DNA of 30,749 nt from a virus (taxonomy: Duplodnaviria; Caudoviricetes), in the IMG/VR virus record IMGVR_UViG_3300043395_000491, positions 1-30,749 of that record. One strand, 5' to 3'. This document shows positions 1-8,725 of the stretch, piece after piece; within the stretch, counting starts at the first letter, position 1, and each line of letters starts with the position of its first letter. Position numbers and translations under genes: made by a program. The notes beneath the pieces were generated by a model. The model was given only the letters and a program-made list of their open reading frames with translations. It did not search any database and had not been told where the DNA came from.

Positions 1-2
1 CT

Positions 3-587
3 GTCTCTGCTGCTATCACTTGCGTCAAGCCTTCTGGTACTGTGTCTCAGCTTTGTGGCACTGCTTCTGGCATTCATCCTCAACATGCCCAGTATTACAT
101 TAGGCGTGTACGATCAGATAAAAAAGACCCTCTCACGGCATTTATGATCGAACAAGGTATTCCTAGTGAACCTTGTGTGATGAGACCGGATAGCACTACA
201 GTGTTCTCATTTCCTATGAAGGCTCCTGAAGGTGCTATCACCAGAGATGATGTTGATGCTATAGCTCACCTTAACTTATGGCGTGTGTATCAGCTTCATT
301 GGTGCGAACATAAACCTTCAGTGACTATCTCAGTTAATGAGAATGATTGGCCTACTGTAGGGGCTTGGGTGTATGACAACTTTGATATCTGTACTGGTGT
401 ATCATTCTTACCAATGGATGGGGGCACTTATCGCCAGGCACCTTATGAGACATGCAGTAAGGAAGACTATGAAGCCTTGTTAGCTAAGATGCCAGTAAAT
501 ATCAACTGGGATATGCTTAAAGAGAATGATGATAACGTTGAGGGTGCACAGCAACTTGCCTGTGTAGCCGGTGTGTGTGAAATCTAG
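3..587 (+). CDS. nrdJ: Class II (adenosylcobalamin-dependent, monomeric type) ribonucleotide reductase, C-terminal part; 5' truncated by the window edge
   Basis: Frame is open from base 3: VSAAITCVKPSGTVSQL..ASGIHP..YYIRRVR, then EHKPSVT, GVSFLP, YRQAPYE and the C-terminal redox pair ACVAGVCEI, all typical of NrdJ. Confidence 0.93.
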   Translation, partial: VSAAITCVKPSGTVSQLCGTASGIHPQHAQYYIRRVRSDKKDPLTAFMIEQGIPSEPCVMRPDSTTVFSFPMKAPEGAITRDDVDAIAHLNLWRVYQLHWCEHKPSVTISVNENDWPTVGAWVYDNFDICTGVSFLPMDGGTYRQAPYETCSKEDYEALLAKMPVNINWDMLKENDDNVEGAQQLACVAGVCEI

Positions 588-589
588 AT

Positions 590-615
590 AAAAAAAGACC
601 CCTGCAAAGGGGTCT
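590..615 (-). terminator. Rho-independent terminator between the converging arms; U-tail on the minus strand
   Basis: AAAAAA-AGACCCCT-GCAA-AGGGGTCT: 8-bp stem, followed by a T run on the minus strand. Confidence 0.85.
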
Positions 616-637
616 ATAAAGGTCACTAAGGAAAACT

Positions 638-811
638 ATGCCGAATATATGGGGTTGGTCTTTTCTATCAGGGTTTATGTTAGGGATTTGTTACTCTGAT
701 GATTTTGTCGTAGCTGACGAGGACGGATCTGAGGTTCTTTTGGAAGGGTTCTTTGTCTTCATCAACATTGCTATGTTCAGTTTTGTTATTGGATGGGCTA
801 AGGAGGAATAA
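638..811 (+). CDS. Small hydrophobic/acidic protein, 57 aa (not in ORF track)
   Basis: AAGGA SD then ATG at 638: MPNIWGWSFLSGFMLGICYSDDFVVADEDGSEVLLEGFFVFINIAMFSFVIGWAKEE*. Overlaps the endolysin 3' tail in antisense. Confidence 0.65.
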   Translation: MPNIWGWSFLSGFMLGICYSDDFVVADEDGSEVLLEGFFVFINIAMFSFVIGWAKEE

Positions 812-1252
812 TGTCGCCTCTGCTTCACGACGAAGAACAAGACCTCTGGTTACTTTTCCTGCTGCAAGATTCCAACGCTTTAGTTCTTGAACAGCTTCCT
901 CCCATCTTTCTTGGTTTATTCTTGTTCGCATCGTGGATGCTCGGAGCCTAGCTGGCCCTAAGTTGTAAGTCCAGCTAACTATTGCAGCAGCTTTATTTGG
1001 GTGTTTCGTCAACACTGGACAGGCTTTGTAGACTTGAAGTAGGAATCTCTCTGCATCAAGTTCAAACAATTCCTGTCCTCTTTCTTTTGATATCTCAGGA
1101 TCATCTAAGGTAACCCTATCACCATTCTCATACATCGTAGATCCCCAGCCTATGGTGGGGACGTTAGCACTGCATAGATAGGGTTTACTTCTCCAGCCTT
1201 CGAATCTCTTGATTAGTGGTTCAGCGATGGCGATTACTTCTTTGATTCCCAT
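680..1252 (-). CDS. Endolysin, GH24 phage lysozyme
   Basis: IKRFEG..PYLCSANVPTIGWGST (E-x8-C-x5-T triad), SWTYNLG, RGLVLRREAEA. Confidence 0.93.
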   Translation of the reverse strand: MGIKEVIAIAEPLIKRFEGWRSKPYLCSANVPTIGWGSTMYENGDRVTLDDPEISKERGQELFELDAERFLLQVYKACPVLTKHPNKAAAIVSWTYNLGPARLRASTMRTRINQERWEEAVQELKRWNLAAGKVTRGLVLRREAEATLFLLSPSNNKTEHSNVDEDKEPFQKNLRSVLVSYDKIIRVTNP

Positions 1253-1701
1253 ACCCTACCAACGAACCAAAAAGTTAGAATTAATGATAGCATACCTTCA
1301 TCGTAGTCAGTCCATCCTGATAACAGCACTGATGTCCATGAACCATCCTGAAGAAAAGCTAGATATAGTCCAGCAGCTTTAACAACTGAATAAAAGAATA
1401 CAAACCAGTACGTCACTGCTGGTCTAACCAAAGCAGATAGTGATGCTACCCACTTCCAAGCCTTGCTGTCAGACTCTGCTTGTTGTTTGAATGCTTCACC
1501 GATAGCATCTAATTCATGCTCTTGTAGACGTTGATGTCCCTGCTGTAGAGCAAACTCTGCTTGCATCTTAGCGATAGAGACTTCAACATCTAACTTCTTT
1601 AGTTCATGCTCTCTTTCAAACTTCCTATCTAAGATCTTTAGGACTTCAGGAGCAAGTCTAAAAACACCACCGATCAGAGCACCAATGAGTTCAAACATCA
1701 T
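1234..1701 (-). CDS. Putative holin (3-TM, GTA-holin-like)
   Basis: N-terminal hydrophobic helix, coiled region, SALVRPAVTY motif, two TM segments, C-terminal FWFVGR; directly upstream of the endolysin. Confidence 0.7.
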   Translation of the reverse strand: MMFELIGALIGGVFRLAPEVLKILDRKFEREHELKKLDVEVSIAKMQAEFALQQGHQRLQEHELDAIGEAFKQQAESDSKAWKWVASLSALVRPAVTYWFVFFYSVVKAAGLYLAFLQDGSWTSVLLSGWTDYDEGMLSLILTFWFVGRVWESKK

Positions 1702-3680
1702 TATCTCCCTACATCAAACCTGGGTAGTTCTTCTTTAAAGACACCTCGTTGCTCTTGACGATACTTAATAAAAGCATCTCTGAATTCAGGGTTTCTAATA
1801 TTCTCTGACATAAACTGTTTACGCCCAACTTCTCTAGCTTTTTCTACAATCTTCTCTATTCTGGTAGCTCTAACCCTAGGATCTTCGATACGATTCAAAG
1901 CATCTACTCTAGGCGCTAGTGTTCGCTCTACAGCCTCACCAGTGAGTTGACGTAAGCGGCTGAGCTGTTCAGCATCTAATTCCATACCGTACAATCTCTT
2001 AGTAACTGGCCTGATATTCACATAAGGATTATCAAGCAGTTGTTGCACTGGTGTCTGTTCAGCTTCTCTAGAAGCTAAACCAAGTACTTGTCCTGGCGCT
2101 ACAGTCTTAGGCTGACCAAGTATGTCAAACTTCGTTGGTAACTCTTCTCTTAAGCCTGGTATACGGTTCATTAGTGAAGCAACAGCACTATCTACTTCTT
2201 TGTTTACAGGGTCTTGTAGACGTGCTACAGAGCCTACAACAGCAGGTACTAAGGAACCAACTGTGTTGTTTAGTATCTGTGGACCATATCGTTCTGCGTC
2301 TGTTGCAGCCATAACAAAGTTAGCTATACCAGCTAAGAATGTTTTCTCAACTAAGTTATCACGCATCACTGACATAAAACCAGATAACAACTTGTTCGCT
2401 TCAGTGTCTTTTCCTTCACGAACTAAATCTTTATATCGTGACATTACATCAAGTGTAAACCCAAGTGTTGATGATACAGGCTCAATTCTTGAGTAGTCAT
2501 ACCATTGATTACCTATCTTGATAGACATCTCAGGTATACCAGCAGCTTCTTTAGTAGCTCTTTCTTTATCACTATGATGACCAGTTATTATGTCTGATTC
2601 ATACAGACCAATAATGCTTGATATCGTAGCTAATCCCATTAAGTTCTTTGCTACAACATTAGAAAACTTATCTGTACCGGCATAAGCTAAAGCACTTCCT
2701 GGTGTGTACCTAAAGAAATCTTTAGTGATGTTGATTGGTGTCTTAATAAACGGTATTACAAAAGACAACAAAGGATAGTCGTTCCTTAGTTTTGTTAGTG
2801 TATTACCTACCTTACCTAGATCTGCTTGGAATGTATTCTCTTTAGCAAACTGAGTAATAGTCGATGCTTCTTTTTCAAGCCCAGCTAAACGCATCTTAGT
2901 CATCCAGTTTTCATCCTGGAAATCTATAGCTTGTAGCTTAGATACTAATGCCTGTCTAGCAGCAGCAATCTCTTCAGGGGTTGCGTCAAGATTATCTCTC
3001 ATATTAAGCTTACGAAATTGATCATCACTCATACCGTAAGCATAACGATACTTCAATGCATTGATTTCCATTCTACGGAAAAATGCTTTAGAGAATTCAT
3101 CTACCGCTACAGATACCCTAGTTGGTAAACGAACAAGTTCTCCTAATGCTTCAGCAGGTTTAGACGGTTCAATGTAAGTAACAGTACCATCAGCGTTAGT
3201 GGTGATCTTACCTGTACCGATTGCTTTAGTCCGAAAGTTTTCTAAAAACTTATTAACATCTTTAGACCCTACAGCATAGGTTAAATCTAAGGGCGCACCG
3301 TTAAGGAAACCTCTACCAGCAAACCTCCACGCTTCAGCGAACGATGTCACTAGAGCAGGGAACATTGACAATCCTTCACGGATAGTCTTACCTTCAGCAC
3401 CACGTTCAACAACAGACTCAATCATTCGTTCCCAAGGGGCAATAGCACCTTTGAAGAAGGCTGAATAGACGTTAACAACTGGTGTGCCTAAACCAGAGAT
3501 TAGACTATTGACGTAATACTCTTGCATCTTTTTAGCTAACGTAGGATTAGAAGACACAAGCTTTACTACATCCGAAGATAGCTTATTAGCCTCACTAGTT
3601 AGTCCTGATGCTTTAGCGTCTAGCTGCATCCTAGCAAAGTCTTGAAGGAACTTCTTACAATTCTCACTGACCTTTAGCAT
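1701..3680 (-). CDS. Internal virion/ejection protein, C-terminal segment (gp16-like), 659 aa
   Basis: Motifs EYYVNSLISGxxTPxVN, DEFSK, PFIKTPINI, YDYSRIEP as in large podophage internal proteins; last gene of the ejection cluster; GGAG SD; single Cys at residue 8. Confidence 0.75.
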   Translation of the reverse strand: MLKVSENCKKFLQDFARMQLDAKASGLTSEANKLSSDVVKLVSSNPTLAKKMQEYYVNSLISGLGTPVVNVYSAFFKGAIAPWERMIESVVERGAEGKTIREGLSMFPALVTSFAEAWRFAGRGFLNGAPLDLTYAVGSKDVNKFLENFRTKAIGTGKITTNADGTVTYIEPSKPAEALGELVRLPTRVSVAVDEFSKAFFRRMEINALKYRYAYGMSDDQFRKLNMRDNLDATPEEIAAARQALVSKLQAIDFQDENWMTKMRLAGLEKEASTITQFAKENTFQADLGKVGNTLTKLRNDYPLLSFVIPFIKTPINITKDFFRYTPGSALAYAGTDKFSNVVAKNLMGLATISSIIGLYESDIITGHHSDKERATKEAAGIPEMSIKIGNQWYDYSRIEPVSSTLGFTLDVMSRYKDLVREGKDTEANKLLSGFMSVMRDNLVEKTFLAGIANFVMAATDAERYGPQILNNTVGSLVPAVVGSVARLQDPVNKEVDSAVASLMNRIPGLREELPTKFDILGQPKTVAPGQVLGLASREAEQTPVQQLLDNPYVNIRPVTKRLYGMELDAEQLSRLRQLTGEAVERTLAPRVDALNRIEDPRVRATRIEKIVEKAREVGRKQFMSENIRNPEFRDAFIKYRQEQRGVFKEELPRFDVGR

Positions 3681-4276
3681 GGACCAACTCCAAAGACACT
3701 GTTGATAAGTTTATTCTCTTGCTGTGCTTTCTGTATGTTTTGTATATAACGTAGTGCTCTACCAACTTCAGAGCCAGCTCCTTCTAGTGCCGCACGAAGA
3801 GCTACGATATCGTTCTGAGCCTGTACTAACGTAGCTAACGCAGCCTCATCACCTTGCTCTACTAGCTTCAGTAATGCAGAATCATTAGCAGTATTCACTG
3901 CATGAGAGAAACCCCTAGCAGCTACCTCTAGTTCTTCAGCGTTAAAAGCTTTACCCTTAGACCACGCTGTCTTAACCCATTCACCAGCAAAACCAACATC
4001 TTTGTTCGATAAGAACTTATCAACACTATCAATAACTTTCTTGTCCGGTACAACATTTCTTGATGCTGCGGTCATCCTTTGTTGGAACTGTTCACCAATG
4101 CTGTCATAAACATCCCTCATGGTTAGACCATCTAATGTATCTCCACGTTCCATGATATGTTTAGACGCTTCAGGCCCAAGCCTAAATATCTTCTCTCGCT
4201 GTGCTTCAGACAAATCTTGCCACTTATAACGTGGCACAACAGCACGAACAACAGCTTCTGCATTACAGACACGCAT
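3674..4276 (-). CDS. Internal virion/ejection protein, middle segment, 200 aa
   Basis: AAGGAG SD 8 nt before ATG; helical, SEVGRAL motif; overlaps both neighbours; Cys only at residues 4 and 200. Confidence 0.7.
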   Translation of the reverse strand: MRVCNAEAVVRAVVPRYKWQDLSEAQREKIFRLGPEASKHIMERGDTLDGLTMRDVYDSIGEQFQQRMTAASRNVVPDKKVIDSVDKFLSNKDVGFAGEWVKTAWSKGKAFNAEELEVAARGFSHAVNTANDSALLKLVEQGDEAALATLVQAQNDIVALRAALEGAGSEVGRALRYIQNIQKAQQENKLINSVFGVGPC

Positions 4277-5450
4277 CTAGTATTCTCCTTAGTGAAGGCG
4301 TATTCTCTAGTATGTCTATCGCCTCATCAAATGTCTTAGGTAACTGAGTGAGATTAGCTTCATCTAAAGCTTTTAATACATCGTCACTAGCCTTAACATC
4401 TTTTAACACAGTGCGGATATCTTGTCCAGTATCTTTTGCTAATTGCTGTACCTTCGGTGTAGATATACCTTCATCAGCTACTCTAGCAGTCTGTGTAAAG
4501 TAATCATCAGACCTTTTAGTAAGTAAAGCACCTACATTAGGTTGTTCATCAGCAAGCCTTTGCTGCTCCATTTGCATAACCCTAGCAAGCCCTGTAGGGC
4601 CTGTAGGAGCTTCTTCAGTGATAGGACGTAATAACGCAGCTTCTTGCTGTACAGCTTCTCCTGGGGCTACTCTAGCCTGTTCTCTCTGCATGAATTCAGC
4701 AAACCCCATTCTAGGTGGTTGCTCTGATAACAATGCAGCCTGTCTAGGTACAGCACCAGTAGATCCCATTTCTTCAATGATGCGCTGTACTTCAGGAGAT
4801 TCAAAGGTTGCTGGTGTTGTTGTTTGAGTTGTATCTACTGTTTGCTGTGTAGTATCGTCTATAGTTCGACGACCTACGTTTATGTTATCTATTTCTTTTT
4901 TAAACAAACGACCAACAATATCGCTTGCTCCTGCTAAAGCTCCTCCGAGAACAGCACCTGCTCCAGCACCAATAGCCGCTGATTCTATCCTAGATTCGTC
5001 AGGGGTATACAAAGGACGAAGAGCACCTCCAACAGCACCCGCAGCAGCTCCTCCAGTTATTAAACCTTTAGCTCCTTTAAAAAGTAAAGATCCTGGTATA
5101 AGAGAACTTGGGTTAACAATACTACCTGCTAATGTACCTGCCCAACCAGCAACAGGAGATTGCTCACGTAAAGACTGCATACGAGTCTCTGCCATAAGCT
5201 CTTCTTCTGTTGGTTCTCTACCTAATATCTGACGTAGACCAGTTATTTCAGAACCAGCCTCTTGAGAAAAACCAGCTTTAAAAGCTTCTAAAGGACCGCC
5301 CTGAGCTTTGTTTAGTTCGCTTATGATTACTTGGTCTGTTACTCCCTGACCCCTTAAACCTTTGTAATCAATACCTCGTGAACTAGCTAGTTCTTCTGCA
5401 ATAATTGAATCTGAAACACCCTGTCGCTTTAACGATAGGATATTTATCAT
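4263..5450 (-). CDS. Internal virion/ejection protein, N-terminal segment, 395 aa
   Basis: Gly/Ala-rich membrane-insertion-like helices (GGAAAGAVGGAL, GAGAGAVLGGALAG); ATGA overlap with the upstream gene; single Cys at residue 394. Confidence 0.7.
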   Translation of the reverse strand: MINILSLKRQGVSDSIIAEELASSRGIDYKGLRGQGVTDQVIISELNKAQGGPLEAFKAGFSQEAGSEITGLRQILGREPTEEELMAETRMQSLREQSPVAGWAGTLAGSIVNPSSLIPGSLLFKGAKGLITGGAAAGAVGGALRPLYTPDESRIESAAIGAGAGAVLGGALAGASDIVGRLFKKEIDNINVGRRTIDDTTQQTVDTTQTTTPATFESPEVQRIIEEMGSTGAVPRQAALLSEQPPRMGFAEFMQREQARVAPGEAVQQEAALLRPITEEAPTGPTGLARVMQMEQQRLADEQPNVGALLTKRSDDYFTQTARVADEGISTPKVQQLAKDTGQDIRTVLKDVKASDDVLKALDEANLTQLPKTFDEAIDILENTPSLRRILDACL

Positions 5451-6637
5451 TGAAAAGGCCTTACATTATATCTTTGATAAGCTAACTTGTTAGCGTTTTC
5501 TAATATACGGTTTGCTTCTCTAATATTACCACTTCTTTCAGCATCCCTTCTTTTACGAAGAAGACCTTGTATTGTAACATCATTATTAGCTGCTTCAGTT
5601 TGCCGATCCTGTGTGGCTTGTGCTCTTTCAGACAAAGGGACTGATGGTTGTGTTGTTGTTGACGTGTTACTACCGCCTCCTAATAAAGATCTAACAAGAT
5701 TTCTTTGCTCATCTTCTGAAAGATTTCCTTTTTGTTTTTTATCTGTTACAGGAACACCAGTCTTCTCCAATTCTTTTGCTTGTCCGATAGGAATTTCTTT
5801 TACAGACCCGTCTTTTAAGGTAACAACAGCTTTTGTAATTTTACCTTCCAAATCTTTTTCATAACCAACATTAAGGGCTAACTGGCTTGTTTCTTTTGAT
5901 CGTTGTGCTACTAAAGCATCAGAAGCTCGTATATCAGCCTTGAGTTTGTCAACTTCAAGCTGTAGTTTATCCATTGAAAGCTTGGCTTTTGACTTAGCTT
6001 GTTTTTTCCTCTCTTCTGGTGTAAGCGCATCCCACTCAGCTTGTGCTGCTTCCAGTTTAATTTGAGCTTCTGACAACTGAGCGTTACGTACATTAATGTC
6101 TTGTACGTTCTTAGTAAACTCAAGATTCTTTATAGCTTGTTGCAGCGGTCTATCCTGTTCTTCCCAAGTAAACTTAGAAACAGCCCTTCCTTCAGCACCT
6201 TTAGAAGCCTCTGTTTGAGCTTGTGTCAAACCTATTCTGGCCTCAGTTTCTTTTTTACTAAGCTCAGTCTTAGCCTTAGACTCTTCAGCAGCCTTAACCT
6301 GTGCAGCAGCAGCGATAGCTTCCTGTGTTAGACCAAGCCTAGCAGCTTCTTTAGCCATGATCTTGTAAGCTTCTACAGGGTCTTGTCCATCCCATTGTGC
6401 TGAGATAGCATTCTTTAGTTCCTGTCTAGCTGATGCTTCCTTCAGCTTAGGGTCTTCCACACCGAACAACCCTGCAATAGATCTACCAGCCTGTATACCT
6501 GACATACTCATACCAGCTCTAATGCTTTGATATGGTGTTAGTTTAGCTTGAGCTATTGCGTTTTCTCTGTCCTGCTGCATCTGTTGTTGTTGTACATCGT
6601 AGATGCTTGGACCAAATAGACTTTGTTGCTGTGCCAT
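5447..6637 (-). CDS. Internal virion/ejection protein, coiled-coil, 396 aa
   Basis: Q/A/E/K-rich helical protein, GLFGVEDP motif, located in the ejection cluster. Confidence 0.65.
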   Translation of the reverse strand: MAQQQSLFGPSIYDVQQQQMQQDRENAIAQAKLTPYQSIRAGMSMSGIQAGRSIAGLFGVEDPKLKEASARQELKNAISAQWDGQDPVEAYKIMAKEAARLGLTQEAIAAAAQVKAAEESKAKTELSKKETEARIGLTQAQTEASKGAEGRAVSKFTWEEQDRPLQQAIKNLEFTKNVQDINVRNAQLSEAQIKLEAAQAEWDALTPEERKKQAKSKAKLSMDKLQLEVDKLKADIRASDALVAQRSKETSQLALNVGYEKDLEGKITKAVVTLKDGSVKEIPIGQAKELEKTGVPVTDKKQKGNLSEDEQRNLVRSLLGGGSNTSTTTQPSVPLSERAQATQDRQTEAANNDVTIQGLLRKRRDAERSGNIREANRILENANKLAYQRYNVRPFQ

Positions 6638-6646
6638 TACTGTTCC

Positions 6647-8713
6647 TTACATTAGAAACTGACCAATGTCTTGATTACCGTATCCTAGTCCAGTACCAAA
6701 ACCTAAGCTATTGATGTTTCCAGCAGCATTAGGATTTAGTATGTTACTTAACAGTCCTCCAGCAGCACTTCCTAAAGTACCTTGGTTACCTAATATCTGA
6801 TTAGCTACATCCCTTCTAGAATTTAACAAGCCTGCTAAAGCCTCTTGTTGAGCTTGTAAGTTACCTGCTAGACCAAGACTACGTAGTTTAGCTTGTGTAT
6901 CCAAACCAGATAACTGAGATAGTAACTGTTGCTGTACACCAGCCTGTTGAGCATTAGCAGCTAACTGTTGACCTGCTAAGCCTGTCTGAGCCTGTGTCAT
7001 GTAACCCTGTGCTGCTGGTTGAGCGAACAATCCTGCTGCACTGATCCTACCTTGCTGTGCTAGCTGACCTAACTGACCAGACAACTGAGCCTGTGCCATC
7101 TCTTGCTGTGTTAACTGTTGTATAGGTGCTAGTGCAGCAGTGCTTTGGTTGATGAGCGTACCACGTTCTCCTAAAGCAGCCTGTCTAGACTGTAGTTCTC
7201 TCTCTAGTCGCTGTTTAGCAATGGCTTGTTCCTGTGCTAACAGTTCTGGTGAAGATCCACCAAAAGCTGAACCACTTACACCCAATCTTCCTTGAGCACG
7301 TAACCTAGCCTCTGTAGCAAGGCGTTGACGCTCTACTTCAGGTGCGGACAATGCAGCTAACTTGTTGTAGTAATCCTGGCTAAGCTGGTCTACGTTAGTC
7401 ATCAGCGCTGCATTAGCAGACTGTTGAGCTACCTGTGCAAATGGATTATACATCTGTCTTGCATCTTCTGTCAAGGCAGTGTTAACCTGTCCTGTCTTAG
7501 GATCATAGGTAGTTCCGAACAAAGAACCAGTAACACCATAAGGCGTAAACTGACCAACCATGTTAGCAGCAGTTTGGCCTACATTCATCAAACCTTGTTG
7601 TGCTGTACTTCCTAATGCTTGTGTGTAAGGAAGAATACCTTGAGCAATCTGTGTTTGACCTAACCTAGCCCCTTCACCTGCTAAGGAATATTGACTACCT
7701 AACTGATTAGCTAAGTTAGTGTATTCTGTTTGAGTTAGTTGTCCTTGCTGACGTAACTTGTTAGCAGCATCCTGGATCATCGCTAAGTTAGCACCAGAAC
7801 TAATCAAACCACCTAGAACATTCTGTGCGTTAGTGTTCGTTAATCCTTGTAGTAAGGTGTTAGCTACTGTGGTAAACAATGATGCAGGGTTAAACAATGA
7901 TGCAGGGTTAAACAATGTACTGGCAGCGCCTGTTGCTGCACCTGTAGCGGCTGCTGTGGCTGCTGCACCTGTGGCAGCACCTGCAGCGGCTCCAGCAGCA
8001 CCAGCGCCTTCTCCAAGAGCACCTAAGCCACCAAGTTCTGCTGCACCAGCTCCAGCACCACTAAACAAAGAACTTACTTCAGGTAGGCTACTTAAGCCAA
8101 TAGCACCACCAACAATACCTAATGCTTGTAGCCACCCAGCACCCTCAGAAGTATTAGGACTGGTAAGTCTTGTTGTGGTTGGTTGTCCGTAAGCATCATA
8201 AGCTTGAACAACAAGTTTATCACCTTGCTTACCGATTACTTTCTCAACCGTAACATCCTCACCTTTATCTATCTGACGTATGTTGCCTTCAGTACCAAAG
8301 GTTCTTTTAACATCACCAGTTAAGATAGTACCTAAAGGTAAACCACCATCTAAAAAGAACTGATTGATTTCTGCTTTTGTTAAGCCACTAACAGCAGCTA
8401 GATCATCAGCAGTTAATCCATATTGTTTTGCTGTTTGAGCAATACTTTGTGCGTTAGTGGTTACATTGTTGATTAAGTTATCAACAGTGCTTTCTAATGT
8501 ATTACTAGGAACTGTTGACGACACCAACAAAGGACGACTAGTTTCAACACCTTTAGAATTAAACCACGAAGCATCAGAAGGTGAAATAGCACCGATGTTA
8601 ACTAAGTTATCGGTTGTTATTCCAGCATTTTTGAAGAATTGAGCTTTTTGATCTGCCCCTAATTTGTCCCAGTTAGCAGGAAGTATGTTCCTGATTTCCT
8701 CTTCTGTAAACAT
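6647..8713 (-). CDS. Internal virion/DNA pilot (ejection) protein, 688 aa
   Basis: Follows the nozzle gene; Gly/Ala low-complexity hydrophobic tract and Gln-rich helical C-half with FTPYGVT and RLRAQGRLG. Confidence 0.65.
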   Translation of the reverse strand: MFTEEEIRNILPANWDKLGADQKAQFFKNAGITTDNLVNIGAISPSDASWFNSKGVETSRPLLVSSTVPSNTLESTVDNLINNVTTNAQSIAQTAKQYGLTADDLAAVSGLTKAEINQFFLDGGLPLGTILTGDVKRTFGTEGNIRQIDKGEDVTVEKVIGKQGDKLVVQAYDAYGQPTTTRLTSPNTSEGAGWLQALGIVGGAIGLSSLPEVSSLFSGAGAGAAELGGLGALGEGAGAAGAAAGAATGAAATAAATGAATGAASTLFNPASLFNPASLFTTVANTLLQGLTNTNAQNVLGGLISSGANLAMIQDAANKLRQQGQLTQTEYTNLANQLGSQYSLAGEGARLGQTQIAQGILPYTQALGSTAQQGLMNVGQTAANMVGQFTPYGVTGSLFGTTYDPKTGQVNTALTEDARQMYNPFAQVAQQSANAALMTNVDQLSQDYYNKLAALSAPEVERQRLATEARLRAQGRLGVSGSAFGGSSPELLAQEQAIAKQRLERELQSRQAALGERGTLINQSTAALAPIQQLTQQEMAQAQLSGQLGQLAQQGRISAAGLFAQPAAQGYMTQAQTGLAGQQLAANAQQAGVQQQLLSQLSGLDTQAKLRSLGLAGNLQAQQEALAGLLNSRRDVANQILGNQGTLGSAAGGLLSNILNPNAAGNINSLGFGTGLGYGNQDIGQFLM
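7873..7917. repeat. In-frame 18-bp tandem repeat, 2.5 copies
   Basis: TAAACAATGATGCAGGGT x2 plus TAAACAATG; encodes LFNPAS-LFNPAS-LF. Confidence 0.9.
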
Positions 8714-8725
8714 TATTCGTTGTCC

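Noticed and set aside
1698-1701. Met-Met start of the holin as a lambda S-type dual-start motif
   Set aside because: No charged residue between the two Mets; the first ATG is just the TAATG overlap with the upstream stop
3657-4276. Programmed frameshift, split intein or stop-codon recoding as the explanation of the split ejection genes
   Set aside because: No slippery heptamer at either seam, no intein block motifs or terminal His-Asn, the Cys residues are not at position 1, each downstream ORF has its own SD, and all other genes read normally in code 11
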